Assembly (NCBI RefSeq): GCF_013365435.1 | Contig: NZ_CP046577.1 | Span: forward strand, 210,001-242,000 | DNA length: 32,000 nucleotides | Direction: 5' to 3' | Source of the DNA: Wolbachia endosymbiont of Litomosoides sigmodontis | GTDB taxonomy: Bacteria; Pseudomonadota; Alphaproteobacteria; Rickettsiales; Anaplasmataceae | Shown here: positions 10,387-19,807 of the stretch, piece by piece | Layout: every line of letters starts with the position of its first letter | How positions within the stretch are numbered: the stretch's first letter is position 1 | Made by a program: the position numbers and the translations under genes | The notes under the pieces: generated by a model | Told to the model about the DNA's origin: nothing | Databases searched by the model: none | What the model saw: only the letters and a program-made list of their open reading frames with translations

Positions 10387-10983
10387 CTAGACTTTAATAT
10401 CTTTACGCTCAGCTATTACCCTATCAATCAAGCCAATTTTTCTTGCTTCTTCAGGGTCCATGAACTTATCTCTTTCCATCATTACTTCAATTTTTTTTAG
10501 TGAATTTCCAGTATGTTTTTCATAAATCTGATTCAGTTTTCTCTTAACTCGCAAAATTTCATTAGCATGTATTTCTATATCAGTTGCTTGGCCCTGATAA
10601 CCACCAGATGGTTGGTGTATCATAATCCTTGAGTGAGGTAAAGAGTAACGTTTACCTTCTGTGCCAGCTGCAAGTAATAAAGAACCCATAGATGCAGCTT
10701 GACCTATACATAAAGTTGAAACATCTGGCTTTATATATTGCATTGTATCATAAATTGACAAACCAGCAGTTACAACACCACCTGGTGAATTAATATACAT
10801 ATAAATATCTTTATCAGGATTCTCCGATTCTAAAAATAAAAGCTGTGCTACTATTACACTGGCCATATTGTCTTCAACAGGACCAGTTACAAAAATTATC
10901 CTCTCTTTTACTAACCTAGAATATATGTCATAAGCACGCTCACCACGACTAGTTTGCTCAATTACAATTGGTATAAGAGTCAT
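10387..10983 (-). CDS. clpP: ATP-dependent Clp protease proteolytic subunit
   Basis: 198-aa ORF with catalytic Ser in GQAASMGS and His in MIHQPSGG. Confidence 0.95.
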   Translation of the reverse strand: MTLIPIVIEQTSRGERAYDIYSRLVKERIIFVTGPVEDNMASVIVAQLLFLESENPDKDIYMYINSPGGVVTAGLSIYDTMQYIKPDVSTLCIGQAASMGSLLLAAGTEGKRYSLPHSRIMIHQPSGGYQGQATDIEIHANEILRVKRKLNQIYEKHTGNSLKKIEVMMERDKFMDPEEARKIGLIDRVIAERKDIKV

Positions 10984-10994
10984 ACCTTTTTCTA

Positions 10995-12341
10995 CTAAAT
11001 ATTATTTCCAAATAATTCCTTTAACTCTTTCACAGAAACAACTTGCTCTTCTTTATTCACTTTTTCTATTATGTAATTCGTAACCTTATACTCCAGAGCT
11101 TGCCCTCTAACTAACTCTTGAAATTGTCTGTCTGACTTAAAATGCTTTAACACTCTATCAAATGGCACATCTTTACTGGTATATTGAGTTATAATGACAT
11201 TTAAAATATCATTCTGAGTTAACGATATCTTGTGCTCTGTACTAAACTTCATAAATAACATTGCAAGTTTTACACGCCTTTCGGCTTCTTTACAAGAATC
11301 ATCCTTAGAACCTAATTCACTTCCCACTCTCTGTTGCTCCTGTCTTACTACATCTGTAGGTAAATCAAAGCTATAATTAGCACCTAAATAGTCAAATAGC
11401 TCCTTCTTAACTAAGAGATCTCTCATTTTTTTACACTGATCACTAATTACTTCCTTTGCATGATTTTTTAGTGAAGAGTAATCTTCAAATCCAATTTTCT
11501 TGGCCATTTCATCATCACTTCCAAAATCTTCAGCAACTTGAATATCATTAACTAGAACAGAAAAATTAGCCTCTTGTCCAGCAAGGGAAATAACTTGATA
11601 GTCTTTAGAAAATTTTAATTTAAAACTTTTTATTTCCCCTTTTTTCATACCAGTTAATTGATCTTCAAGGCCATCAATAAATGTGCCAGACCCTAAAATA
11701 ACTTTAAAGTTTTTATTGCTCCCACCCTGAAAAATCTTGTTCCTAATTCGTCCTTCAAAATCAATTACCAATTTGTCTCCATTTTTTGCCTGGTAAGAAG
11801 GATCATCAATAGAAACAAAACTAGGGAATCTTATTTTTATAGAATCGACAAACTCTTTTATATCCTCCTCTTCAATTTTTGCTTCAGTTTTCTTCAAGTT
11901 TATCTTATCAAGATCTATTACCGGTACTTCCGGCATTGATTCAAAAGACAGTTTGTACACAAAATTGCTCTTCTCAGCCTTTTCGTTCAGATTTGGTAAC
12001 GATATAATATCAACCTTAGGACAAAAGTGAGACTTTACTTCAATTTTTTTCATTAAATCACTTGAGCAATAGTCAATTGTATTATTTACTACATATTCTA
12101 AAGCTTCGTTCTTATAATTTTTAACAACAAGATCGTAGGGCATTTTTCCAGATCTAAATCCAGGCGACTTTGCACTTCTTGCTATTTCTTGTAGTCTAGA
12201 ATTCACTTTTTGTTCTATACAATCGCTACCAATCGTGATTTCATACTCGTGCTTTAATTTATCTACACTGAGTTCCTTATAAGTATATATACTACTTGAT
12301 GTATCTACTTCGACTGCATTTTGAGATATACTGCTAGACAT
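10995..12341 (-). CDS. tig: trigger factor
   Basis: 448-aa ORF with trigger-factor architecture, including a central FKBP-like segment [16 protein letters not shown]. It sits directly upstream of clpP-clpX-lon with intergenic gaps of 11, 29 and 15 bp. Confidence 0.88.
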   Translation of the reverse strand: MSSSISQNAVEVDTSSSIYTYKELSVDKLKHEYEITIGSDCIEQKVNSRLQEIARSAKSPGFRSGKMPYDLVVKNYKNEALEYVVNNTIDYCSSDLMKKIEVKSHFCPKVDIISLPNLNEKAEKSNFVYKLSFESMPEVPVIDLDKINLKKTEAKIEEEDIKEFVDSIKIRFPSFVSIDDPSYQAKNGDKLVIDFEGRIRNKIFQGGSNKNFKVILGSGTFIDGLEDQLTGMKKGEIKSFKLKFSKDYQVISLAGQEANFSVLVNDIQVAEDFGSDDEMAKKIGFEDYSSLKNHAKEVISDQCKKMRDLLVKKELFDYLGANYSFDLPTDVVRQEQQRVGSELGSKDDSCKEAERRVKLAMLFMKFSTEHKISLTQNDILNVIITQYTSKDVPFDRVLKHFKSDRQFQELVRGQALEYKVTNYIIEKVNKEEQVVSVKELKELFGNNI

Positions 12342-12385
12342 TATAATCCATTTATCAACATTTTAATTTATATTCTAACAAAGTC

Positions 12386-12413
12386 ATTCTATCAGAATTT
12401 AAGTTAAATACAA
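12386..12413 (-). promoter_or_regulatory. candidate sigma70-type promoter upstream of tig
   Basis: On the minus strand this reads TTGTAT, a 16-nt spacer, then TAGAAT, about 45 nt upstream of the tig ATG. This is a pattern match only, in AT-rich DNA. Confidence 0.15.
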
Positions 12414-12502
12414 TCTTTAAGAACAGGTTTTTTCATACAATTATAAAGTATATCTAGTAATTAGAAATTTCTTCTTAAAACCTAAGTCACATGATCTTAA
12501 AG

Positions 12503-12584
12503 TGCGGATAGAGGGACTTGAACCCCCATGAGCAAGCTCACCAGGACCTAAACCTGGCACGTCTACCAATTCCGCCATATCCGC
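12503..12584 (-). tRNA. tRNA-Leu (anticodon UAG)
   Basis: The minus strand reads GCGGATATGGCGGAATTGGTAGACGTGCCAGGTTTAGGTCCTGGTGAGCTTGCTCATGGGGGTTCAAGTCCCTCTATCCGCA. It has a 7-bp acceptor stem, an anticodon stem CCAGG/CCTGG with loop TTTAGGT (anticodon TAG), a long variable arm and a GGTTCAAGTCC T-arm. No CCA is encoded. Confidence 0.92.
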
Positions 12585-12723
12585 AAAAATCTTTAGCATT
12601 CTATTATAGTGCACATTATTAAAATATTCAAGATTTAAAGTCTTACTTAATTTATGATATTTACACAATCAAAAAAGCTTATTAACATTTCTTAGTGAGA
12701 GCTCTAAATTCTAAAAACGAATA

Positions 12724-13314
12724 ATGAGATTAATAATAAGTTTATCACTTGCAATTTTTCTGATCACACAGAGTGGCTGTACGACCCTTATGATAGGGGG
12801 TGTAGTGGCCACAGCGACAGCAATAACAATGCAAGATAAATCTTTGGGAAATATCGTTGATGATACAACCATGGCTATTAGAATAAATAAGGAACTCTTA
12901 AAACATGGGCTATTTTCATCTATTAAGGTTAGAGTAAGTGAAGGAAGGGTATTGCTTATTGGGAACGTTGATACTCCTGATAAACAACTCACAGCAGAAA
13001 AAATAGCTTGGCAGCAAAAAGAAGTTAAAGAAGTGATAAATGAGATAAGAGTGACACCAATTCAAGCTACTTCCATACTTGACACTACTGTAGATGGCAT
13101 GATAACGGCAGAAATAAGAACAAGACTTCTTGGGAAAAGAAACATCAAATCAATTAACTATAGCATTAATACAGTTGAAGGAGTTGTTTACTTGATGGGT
13201 ATAGCCCAAAATAAAGCAGAATTAAAAGCTGTAACAGCAATTGCAAGAAAAGTAAAGGGAGTAAAACAAGTTGTGAGCTATGTACGATACAGACATAGCA
13301 AGTTGCGTCATTAA
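12724..13314 (+). CDS. BON-domain lipoprotein (DolP/YraP/OsmY-like)
   Basis: 196-aa ORF with a signal peptide and lipobox LITQSGC. It has two BON-like segments, VSEGRVLLIGNVDTP and TVEGVVYLMGIAQNKAELKAV..VKGVKQV. Confidence 0.7.
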   Translation: MRLIISLSLAIFLITQSGCTTLMIGGVVATATAITMQDKSLGNIVDDTTMAIRINKELLKHGLFSSIKVRVSEGRVLLIGNVDTPDKQLTAEKIAWQQKEVKEVINEIRVTPIQATSILDTTVDGMITAEIRTRLLGKRNIKSINYSINTVEGVVYLMGIAQNKAELKAVTAIARKVKGVKQVVSYVRYRHSKLRH

Positions 13315-13365
13315 CGAACTTCTTCAAAACTTAGTTTCGATAGTAATTTTTATGTTAAAAGTAAT

Positions 13366-14307
13366 ATGCAAATGAGAGTAGCTTTTCAAATGGATGAAAA
13401 TATAAATTTTGAAATTGATACTACATTTGCATTAATAAAAGAAGCGCAAAGAAGGAAGCATAGAGTTTTCGTTTATGCCCCTAGCAATTTAGCACTAAAG
13501 TTAAATCAGCCAATTGCCCTTGCTCAGAAAGTTAGTGTTGATGATTGCGGTTTTACCTCTAAAGAAAATGTGGCAATTAACTTAAATGAAATGAATATCA
13601 TATTTATTAGACAGGATCCACCTTTTAATATGCGTTACATTACAACTACCTATATTTTAGAAAAAACTAGGGCATTGGTAATTAATAATCCAACAGAAAT
13701 GAGAAATTGCCCTGAAAAGTTGATAACTTCATTATTTCCTGAACTAATTCCTCCAACTTTGATTACTGAAAATATATCAATGATCAGAGATTTTTATTAT
13801 GATTACAGAGATATTATTTTAAAACCATTGTACAGCTATGGAGGAAGCGATGTAATAAGAATACAAAATGAAAATACTATTCAAGTAGTAGTGGAACTCA
13901 TGATCGCAAAGCATGAATGTCCTGTAATTGCACAAGCGTTTTGCAAAAACTTAGAGAAAGATAAAAGAATATTGTTGATGGATGGTCAACTAATTGGAGT
14001 AATGAAACGAGTTCCAAGAATTAGTGGAGAAATCAGAACAAATTTGCGACTTGGAGCAAGTTTTGAACAAGCTGAAACGAACAGTAGAGATGACGAAATA
14101 TGTAACAAAATTGGTCCTGAATTAAAGAAAAGGGGGCTAATATTTGTTGGTATTGATATTGTAGATGACTTTCTTCTTGAAATTAACACAACTTCACCCA
14201 CAGGGGTAGTTTATATTAATAAATTATATAATATATCACTAGAAAAAGACCTATGGGATGTATTTGAAGAAAAAGCCAGCAACCATATTCATCAACCAAG
14301 TTTGTGA
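13366..14307 (+). CDS. gshB: glutathione synthetase (ATP-grasp)
   Basis: 313-aa ORF collinear with E. coli GshB. Matching segments include AQRR, IRQDPPFNMRYITTTYILE, ILKPL..GG, DKRILL, RGLIFVGIDI and EINTTSPTG. Its 3' end overlaps the convergent murG 3' end by 16 nt. Confidence 0.9.
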   Translation: MQMRVAFQMDENINFEIDTTFALIKEAQRRKHRVFVYAPSNLALKLNQPIALAQKVSVDDCGFTSKENVAINLNEMNIIFIRQDPPFNMRYITTTYILEKTRALVINNPTEMRNCPEKLITSLFPELIPPTLITENISMIRDFYYDYRDIILKPLYSYGGSDVIRIQNENTIQVVVELMIAKHECPVIAQAFCKNLEKDKRILLMDGQLIGVMKRVPRISGEIRTNLRLGASFEQAETNSRDDEICNKIGPELKKRGLIFVGIDIVDDFLLEINTTSPTGVVYINKLYNISLEKDLWDVFEEKASNHIHQPSL

Positions 14308-15323
14308 ATCACTATTCTAGTAAATTCAGTAACCCCATTCTTTATCTTTACTTTCTTAGTATTATTAGCCATATCACATAGTTTTTGAGAATCACTTAAT
14401 AGATTAACTAATAACTTCGCTAAATTCTCTTTTGCCTCACTATTTTGCTCAACTATTACAGCTGCTCCAGAATCTTTAATACATTTCGCATTATAAAATT
14501 GATGATCGTCCTTTGAGTAAGGGTAAGGAATATATATAGCAGGGCGTCTAGCAAGAGTGATCTCTGCTATTGAAGTTGCACCTGCCCTGCTAATTACTAA
14601 ATGAGCATTAATTAATCTACTTCTTATATCATCAAAAAATTCACTCAATTCACAACTAACCTTTCCTTTTTTATATAAGTTCCATATTTTATTCATATTT
14701 TTCTTCGTGCATTGCTGCACTACTCTAATATTCTTTTTCATTTCAATAGGTAGGTTACAAATTACGCTACTTACTACATTGTCAAAAAAATTTGCACCTT
14801 GGCTACCTGCTATGATTAATAAGGTTAGGACTTTCTCACTGCCAGAATGGCTCTTTGCTTTTATATCAATAAAATTTCCTATATAAACACATTTGTTGCC
14901 CTTTGCATACTTAGTTTCCTGGAAACTAGTCACAATTAATTCTGCATTATTGAAAAAGAATTTATTTACTCTTCCTAAAATTGTATTTTGTTCATGTAAA
15001 ATTATAGGTATAGAAAGAACTTTTGCTGCAAAAAGAGTTGGAAAAGAAGCATAGCTACCAAAACCAATGACAAGCTTTGGTTTTAATTTTCTTATTTGAT
15101 ATAATGCTAACACACAGCTGTACATCAACAGGAGAAAAAACCTAAACTTACTGCCGCTCGGTTTACTTAGTGGCAGGATATAGTTCTTTACGTCAGTATT
15201 TTTATCTATTTTTCTATCAGTAAATAATATGCTATCGTATCCTCGCCTTTTTATTGCTCTTGCTAAGGTTATAGCTGGAAAAATGTGTCCCCCTGTACCA
15301 CCTGTTGCTAGAATGATATCCAT
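14292..15323 (-). CDS. murG: UDP-N-acetylglucosamine--N-acetylmuramyl-(pentapeptide) pyrophosphoryl-undecaprenol N-acetylglucosamine transferase
   Basis: 343-aa ORF with the N-terminal G-loop ATGGTGGHIFPA and MurG-like GT28 architecture. Confidence 0.9.
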   Translation of the reverse strand: MDIILATGGTGGHIFPAITLARAIKRRGYDSILFTDRKIDKNTDVKNYILPLSKPSGSKFRFFLLLMYSCVLALYQIRKLKPKLVIGFGSYASFPTLFAAKVLSIPIILHEQNTILGRVNKFFFNNAELIVTSFQETKYAKGNKCVYIGNFIDIKAKSHSGSEKVLTLLIIAGSQGANFFDNVVSSVICNLPIEMKKNIRVVQQCTKKNMNKIWNLYKKGKVSCELSEFFDDIRSRLINAHLVISRAGATSIAEITLARRPAIYIPYPYSKDDHQFYNAKCIKDSGAAVIVEQNSEAKENLAKLLVNLLSDSQKLCDMANNTKKVKIKNGVTEFTRIVIHKLG

Positions 15324-15389
15324 CTGTAAATAACAAAATGATGTTAGATTATCAACTATTATTTAATAATTTACACACAGAATCTTATT

Positions 15390-16479
15390 AATACCAATTC
15401 TCACTGCACAAGTAACGGATAGGTAATAATGGAAAGGAAATCATATTAAAGTAAGTAAAATAGCTAGGTTTAAATGACATTAAAATCAAAACTATTGGAT
15501 AAAAAATCATAAAATTAACAAAAGAAATGCTAAAGGAAGTGTGAAGTAACGTATATGTTGCAAAAAACTAAATGCTGTAATTGCAGTAAGAAGTACAGCA
15601 TAACATGCATAGTAAAAACATGTTTTATTTGAGAAACAGTACTAATTGCATAGATAAAGCGCCTAAAATTTGGAAGAGAAGAAAAGTTATTTACCCGTCA
15701 ACGTTATAGAAAAACTAGATTGAGTCAAGTTAACTTGAACAAGTTGAAGCATGAATACAAGAAAGCCATAATATTACTATTTAAAAAATAAGAACAAGAA
15801 TCCAGAAAAACTTGGCTTGAATGTCAGTAATTCTACAGTAATATACAAAAATGAAGTTTTCGTATACTACGTCAAGACCAATTTACAATGAACAAAATAA
15901 GGTAGACAAGAAGAATTAAGAAAACTTAATGAGACTATTGGTAAGTGTCCTGAGCAAGAGTCATTTTTCTTTGATAAATTGCGGTTTGGCCACATATTCG
16001 AGAGTTAGACATGGATAGTTTAAAAAAGGTGTTAGAACACTGGTTGAAGTAAAATTAGGTAGACAGAATTTTTTCCTCCTACGATATAGTAATCTTAGAA
16101 GTGAAGATAACTCTAGCTTATTTACACAGAATGTTAACACTGATTATATGAATATATTTCTTAAATAAGTGTTTGTAATATGTAAGAACGCGATAAGTCT
16201 TTCTTATCATGGATTATATCAGCTAGAATAAGTTAAAAAATTTAAAGACACCAAGAATATAGAGATTATATACTTATCACTATATTCACAAGAGTTCAAT
16301 TTCATTGAGGGGCTTTAATTGTGTATAAAATAGGAGATTTGGGTAATGAAGTCTATAATAAAGTTTCTTTACTTGAAAGTGCTTTGTGCAAATTCATTAC
16401 CTCTCTTCTCACTCACTTCACAATTAAACAACTTTGCAATGTTGCTTATTTGAGTCACTAACAATGATAATTAGTATTA
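15390..16479 (+). mobile_element. decayed IS630-family insertion sequence, full length (~1.09 kb), relic C
   Basis: Left terminus ATACCAATTCTCACTGCACA and right terminus CACTAACAATGATAATTAGTATTA. Translated fragments include FFDKLRFGH, KKVLEHWLK*NLGRQNFF and MDYIS*NKLKNLKTPRI. There are many stops and frameshifts, and no ORF of 60 aa or more is listed in the supplied ORF track. Confidence 0.85.
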
Positions 16480-16663
16480 GATAGTAAAGAAAAAAGCCTA
16501 GAATGCCTAAAACCAGAGAAAAAACATAAAGTGAAAGAAGCAGCTGCATGGTTGAAAGAAGGTATAAAAAGATCTGATGCTAGCAATCAATCTGTTGGAA
16601 TTAAAGTATCAAGTCAAGCTACTATTCAAGATATTGATAGTCTAAAAACAACTAAACGTTGAT

Positions 16664-18049
16664 TTAACTATTTAACGACTCATTATCTGCAGCAAGTACT
16701 GATTCGTATATCATCTCTGAAAGAGTTGGATGAGGAAAGATCGCAGACTTTATGTCACAGTCTGTTCCTTCTAGCTGCTTCACAAGGACAAAATTGCTAA
16801 TTAACTCTGTTACTTCTGCTCCTATCATATGAGCTCCAAGAAGCTCCCCTGTTCTTTTATCCATAATCACCTTTACCAACCCTTCAGTTTCACCAAGTGA
16901 AATAGATTTACCATTAAAGTTGGAATGAAACTTTCCTATTTTTATATCATATCCATCTTTTATTGCCTGTTCTTCAGTAAGGCCAACACTTGCTATTTGC
17001 GGATGAGAGTAAGTGCAACTTGGTATGCATTCTTTTCTTAACGCATGAACATTTTTACCAGCGATTTTTTCAATGCAAATCACGGCTTCGTGGCTTGCTT
17101 TATGTGCTAAACACGGAGGACCAGCTACATCACCTACTGCATATACGTTCGATTCATCAGTTTCATACCATTCATTTGTTTTAATAAAACCAGAAGTACT
17201 TAATTTAATTTTTGTATTTTCTAGACCTATATTTTCAGTGCTTGCTTGAACACCAACTGCAACAATTACCCTATCAAACTCTCTGCTCTCACCACTGCTT
17301 AGTTGTACTTTGATAGAGTCCTTACTTTTAGTAAAGGCTTTTACACTACTGTTTGTATATATTTTTATTCCCTGTCTTATGAATATCTCTTGCGCTAAAT
17401 TTGAGATATCTTTATCCTCTAGCGGCAAAATAGTATTTTTTACCTCTATAATCGTTACATCAACCCCAAAAGTACTATAAAAACTTGCAAATTCTATTCC
17501 TATCGCACCAGATCCTATGATTAGCAGCGATTCTGGCAATCTATTCTTGGTTATAGCATGCTGTGCATTCCATACTAAATCTCCATCTGCTTCTATTTCA
17601 GGCAGATTACGTGCTCTTACACCTGTTGCTAAAATAATATGTTTAGAAGAAATTTCTTGTTCCTCTTTATCATTAGAAACTTTTATAGTGCAGTTACCTG
17701 CAAGTTTACTAAAACCTTGATAAGCTCTAATGCCGTTTTTTTTTATCAAATACGCAACACCGCTTGACAATTTACCAACAATGTTCCTTGAGGATTTTAC
17801 TATAGATTGTATATCAAAGCTTACATCCTTTACTTTTATACCAAATTCTTCTGATCTTTTTATAAGTCTATAGACCTCGGACGCTCTTAGTAGAGATTTT
17901 GTTGGTATACACCCCCAATTTAAACATATACCACCTAAATTTTCTTCCTTTTCAATAATTGCAGTTTTAAACCCAAGCTGTGCTGCTCTAATTGCTGCTA
18001 TAAAACCACCAGGACCACTACCTACAACTACAATATCATACTCATTCAT
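16664..18049 (-). CDS. lpdA: dihydrolipoyl dehydrogenase (E3 component), paralogue 1
   Basis: FAD motif GSGPGG, redox disulfide CLNWGC, and C-terminal HPTLSE. The tracked ORF extends to a TTG at 18103. The ATG at 18049 (MNEYDIVVVGSGPGG) gives the usual N-terminus. Confidence 0.9.
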   Translation of the reverse strand: MNEYDIVVVGSGPGGFIAAIRAAQLGFKTAIIEKEENLGGICLNWGCIPTKSLLRASEVYRLIKRSEEFGIKVKDVSFDIQSIVKSSRNIVGKLSSGVAYLIKKNGIRAYQGFSKLAGNCTIKVSNDKEEQEISSKHIILATGVRARNLPEIEADGDLVWNAQHAITKNRLPESLLIIGSGAIGIEFASFYSTFGVDVTIIEVKNTILPLEDKDISNLAQEIFIRQGIKIYTNSSVKAFTKSKDSIKVQLSSGESREFDRVIVAVGVQASTENIGLENTKIKLSTSGFIKTNEWYETDESNVYAVGDVAGPPCLAHKASHEAVICIEKIAGKNVHALRKECIPSCTYSHPQIASVGLTEEQAIKDGYDIKIGKFHSNFNGKSISLGETEGLVKVIMDKRTGELLGAHMIGAEVTELISNFVLVKQLEGTDCDIKSAIFPHPTLSEMIYESVLAADNESLNS

Positions 18050-18493
18050 TAACTTACTTGTATTCAAAAAGCTATATATAACAGATGGAACTTGTGCAAT
18101 CAATAGCGTATTACCTCTTGCACCTAAATAGCTAAAACTAGGATCTAGCTCTTTTTAGTCACAGAAACAGGGCTAAAAACTACTTGACAAGCCTTGCTAT
18201 TTTTCTTACGCTATAAAATTAGGCTATTTTATTTCTTTCTTAGTTTTTGTGCAGATTAAAACGAAAAGGAGGTCTTATATTTGGTGTACTATTACTTAAT
18301 TTTCTGCATTATATGCATCATATTTCTTTATAAAATTTTAGGTTTTTACTTAATTCAAACTGAAACGCACTTTATAAAGTGTTTAAGAAATCACTTAACG
18401 TCAAATTTTTAAAATTAAAGAGCTAGTGACTAGCTACTACATGGCTTTTCTTTCCCTTTTTTCTATTTAGTAAATTTCTTAAATATTATAATT

Positions 18494-19577
18494 TATACCA
18501 ATTCTCATTATTAGTGAGTCAATAAGTGACATTGCAAAATTGTTTAATTGTGCGATAAGAAAGAGAGATGATAAATTTGCAAAAGTGCTTTCAAGCAAAG
18601 TAATTCTATTATAGACTTTATTATGTAAAATGTTCTGTTTAGAATATAACTAAAGTCTCTTAATAGGATTAAGTTCAAGTGAGTAGTGGTAAGTATATAA
18701 TCTCGATATTTTTAGGTACCTTTAAGTTTTTTGACTTATATCAATTAGCACAATCCATGATAAGAAAGGCTTCTTAGTTCTTAAATACTGTGATATTTGT
18801 GTGAGAAATATATTCATATAATCAGTATTGATATTAGATGCAAATAAACTAGAACTAGCTCCATTTCTAGGATCTACTACTCTGTAGAGACAAAAGTTTG
18901 TCTACCTAATTTTACTTTAATCTGTGTTCTAGTGCCCTTTATAAACATAAATATCCAACTTTTGAATATGTGCTAAACTACGATTCATCAAAGATAAATA
19001 ATTTTTGTTCAGAATACTTGCCAATAAGCATTAAGTTTTTTACCTTTTTCTGTCTACTTTTATCCTGTTCATTGTGAGTTAGTCTTGACATGATACATGA
19101 AAATTTCATTTTTGCATGTCACGGTGTACTATAAACTTGCTGGCATTCAAGCTAAATTTTTTCTTGACCTTATTTTATTTCTTTAATGGTAATATTGTGA
19201 TTTTCTTGTATCCATACTGCAATTTATTCAAATTGACCTAGATTCGATCTAGTTTTTTATAACGTTAAGGAGTAAATAATTTTTCTTCTTTCTCAAATTT
19301 TATGTGCTTTATTCATAAAGTTGATGCTGTTCTTGAAATGCAGCATATTTTTGCTACGGCTGTTATATTGTGCTTTTTGCTGCAATTACAGCATTTAGTT
19401 TTTTTTTAACGTGTATGTTATTTTACACTTTCTTCAATATTTATTTTTCTAATTCCACAACTTTTTCATTCAATAATTTTGGTTTTAATGCTATTTAAAC
19501 CTCGCTATTTTACTTACTTCAGTATGGCTTTTTTCTCATTGTTGTCATCTGTTTCTTATACAGTGGAAATTGGCATA
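18494..19577 (-). mobile_element. decayed IS630-family insertion sequence, full length (~1.08 kb), relic D
   Basis: Right terminus TATACCAATTCTCATTATTAGTG at 18494 and left terminus (reverse complement TATGCCAATTTCCACTG) at 19577. It is homologous throughout to relic C and riddled with stops. The 60-aa ORF 19479-19661 is spurious. Confidence 0.85.
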
Positions 19578-19807
19578 AATTCTTGCGTTTACACCTCTTG
19601 TAAAGCGAAAACTAAATTAACTTCTGAGCTCCAGGCGCACTCAATTTTTCCAAAGAGCTAATATTTACTTCTTCACCAATGTGAGAGCCAAGAAAATTGA
19701 TAAAATCTTTCAAATGTCTCATATATGATCCTGAAGTATTGGTGAATAAGACCTGCAACATCTTAGCTACTTATACTAATTTTTAATGATTGAACATAAG
19801 TCCACAG

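Noticed and set aside
12441-12668. 75-aa minus-strand ORF.
   Set aside because: It spans the tRNA-Leu gene, and the GC-rich tRNA sequence supplies the open frame. It is not a protein gene.
12711-12992. 93-aa minus-strand ORF.
   Set aside because: It is antisense to the 5' part of the BON-domain lipoprotein gene, which has a clear signal peptide, lipobox and domain structure.
18368-18381. Perfect 14-bp palindrome CACTTTATAAAGTG upstream of lpd paralogue 1, considered as an operator site.
   Set aside because: It is AT-rich, about 320 bp from the start codon, unique in the window and lies inside the candidate small ORF. It is compatible with chance.
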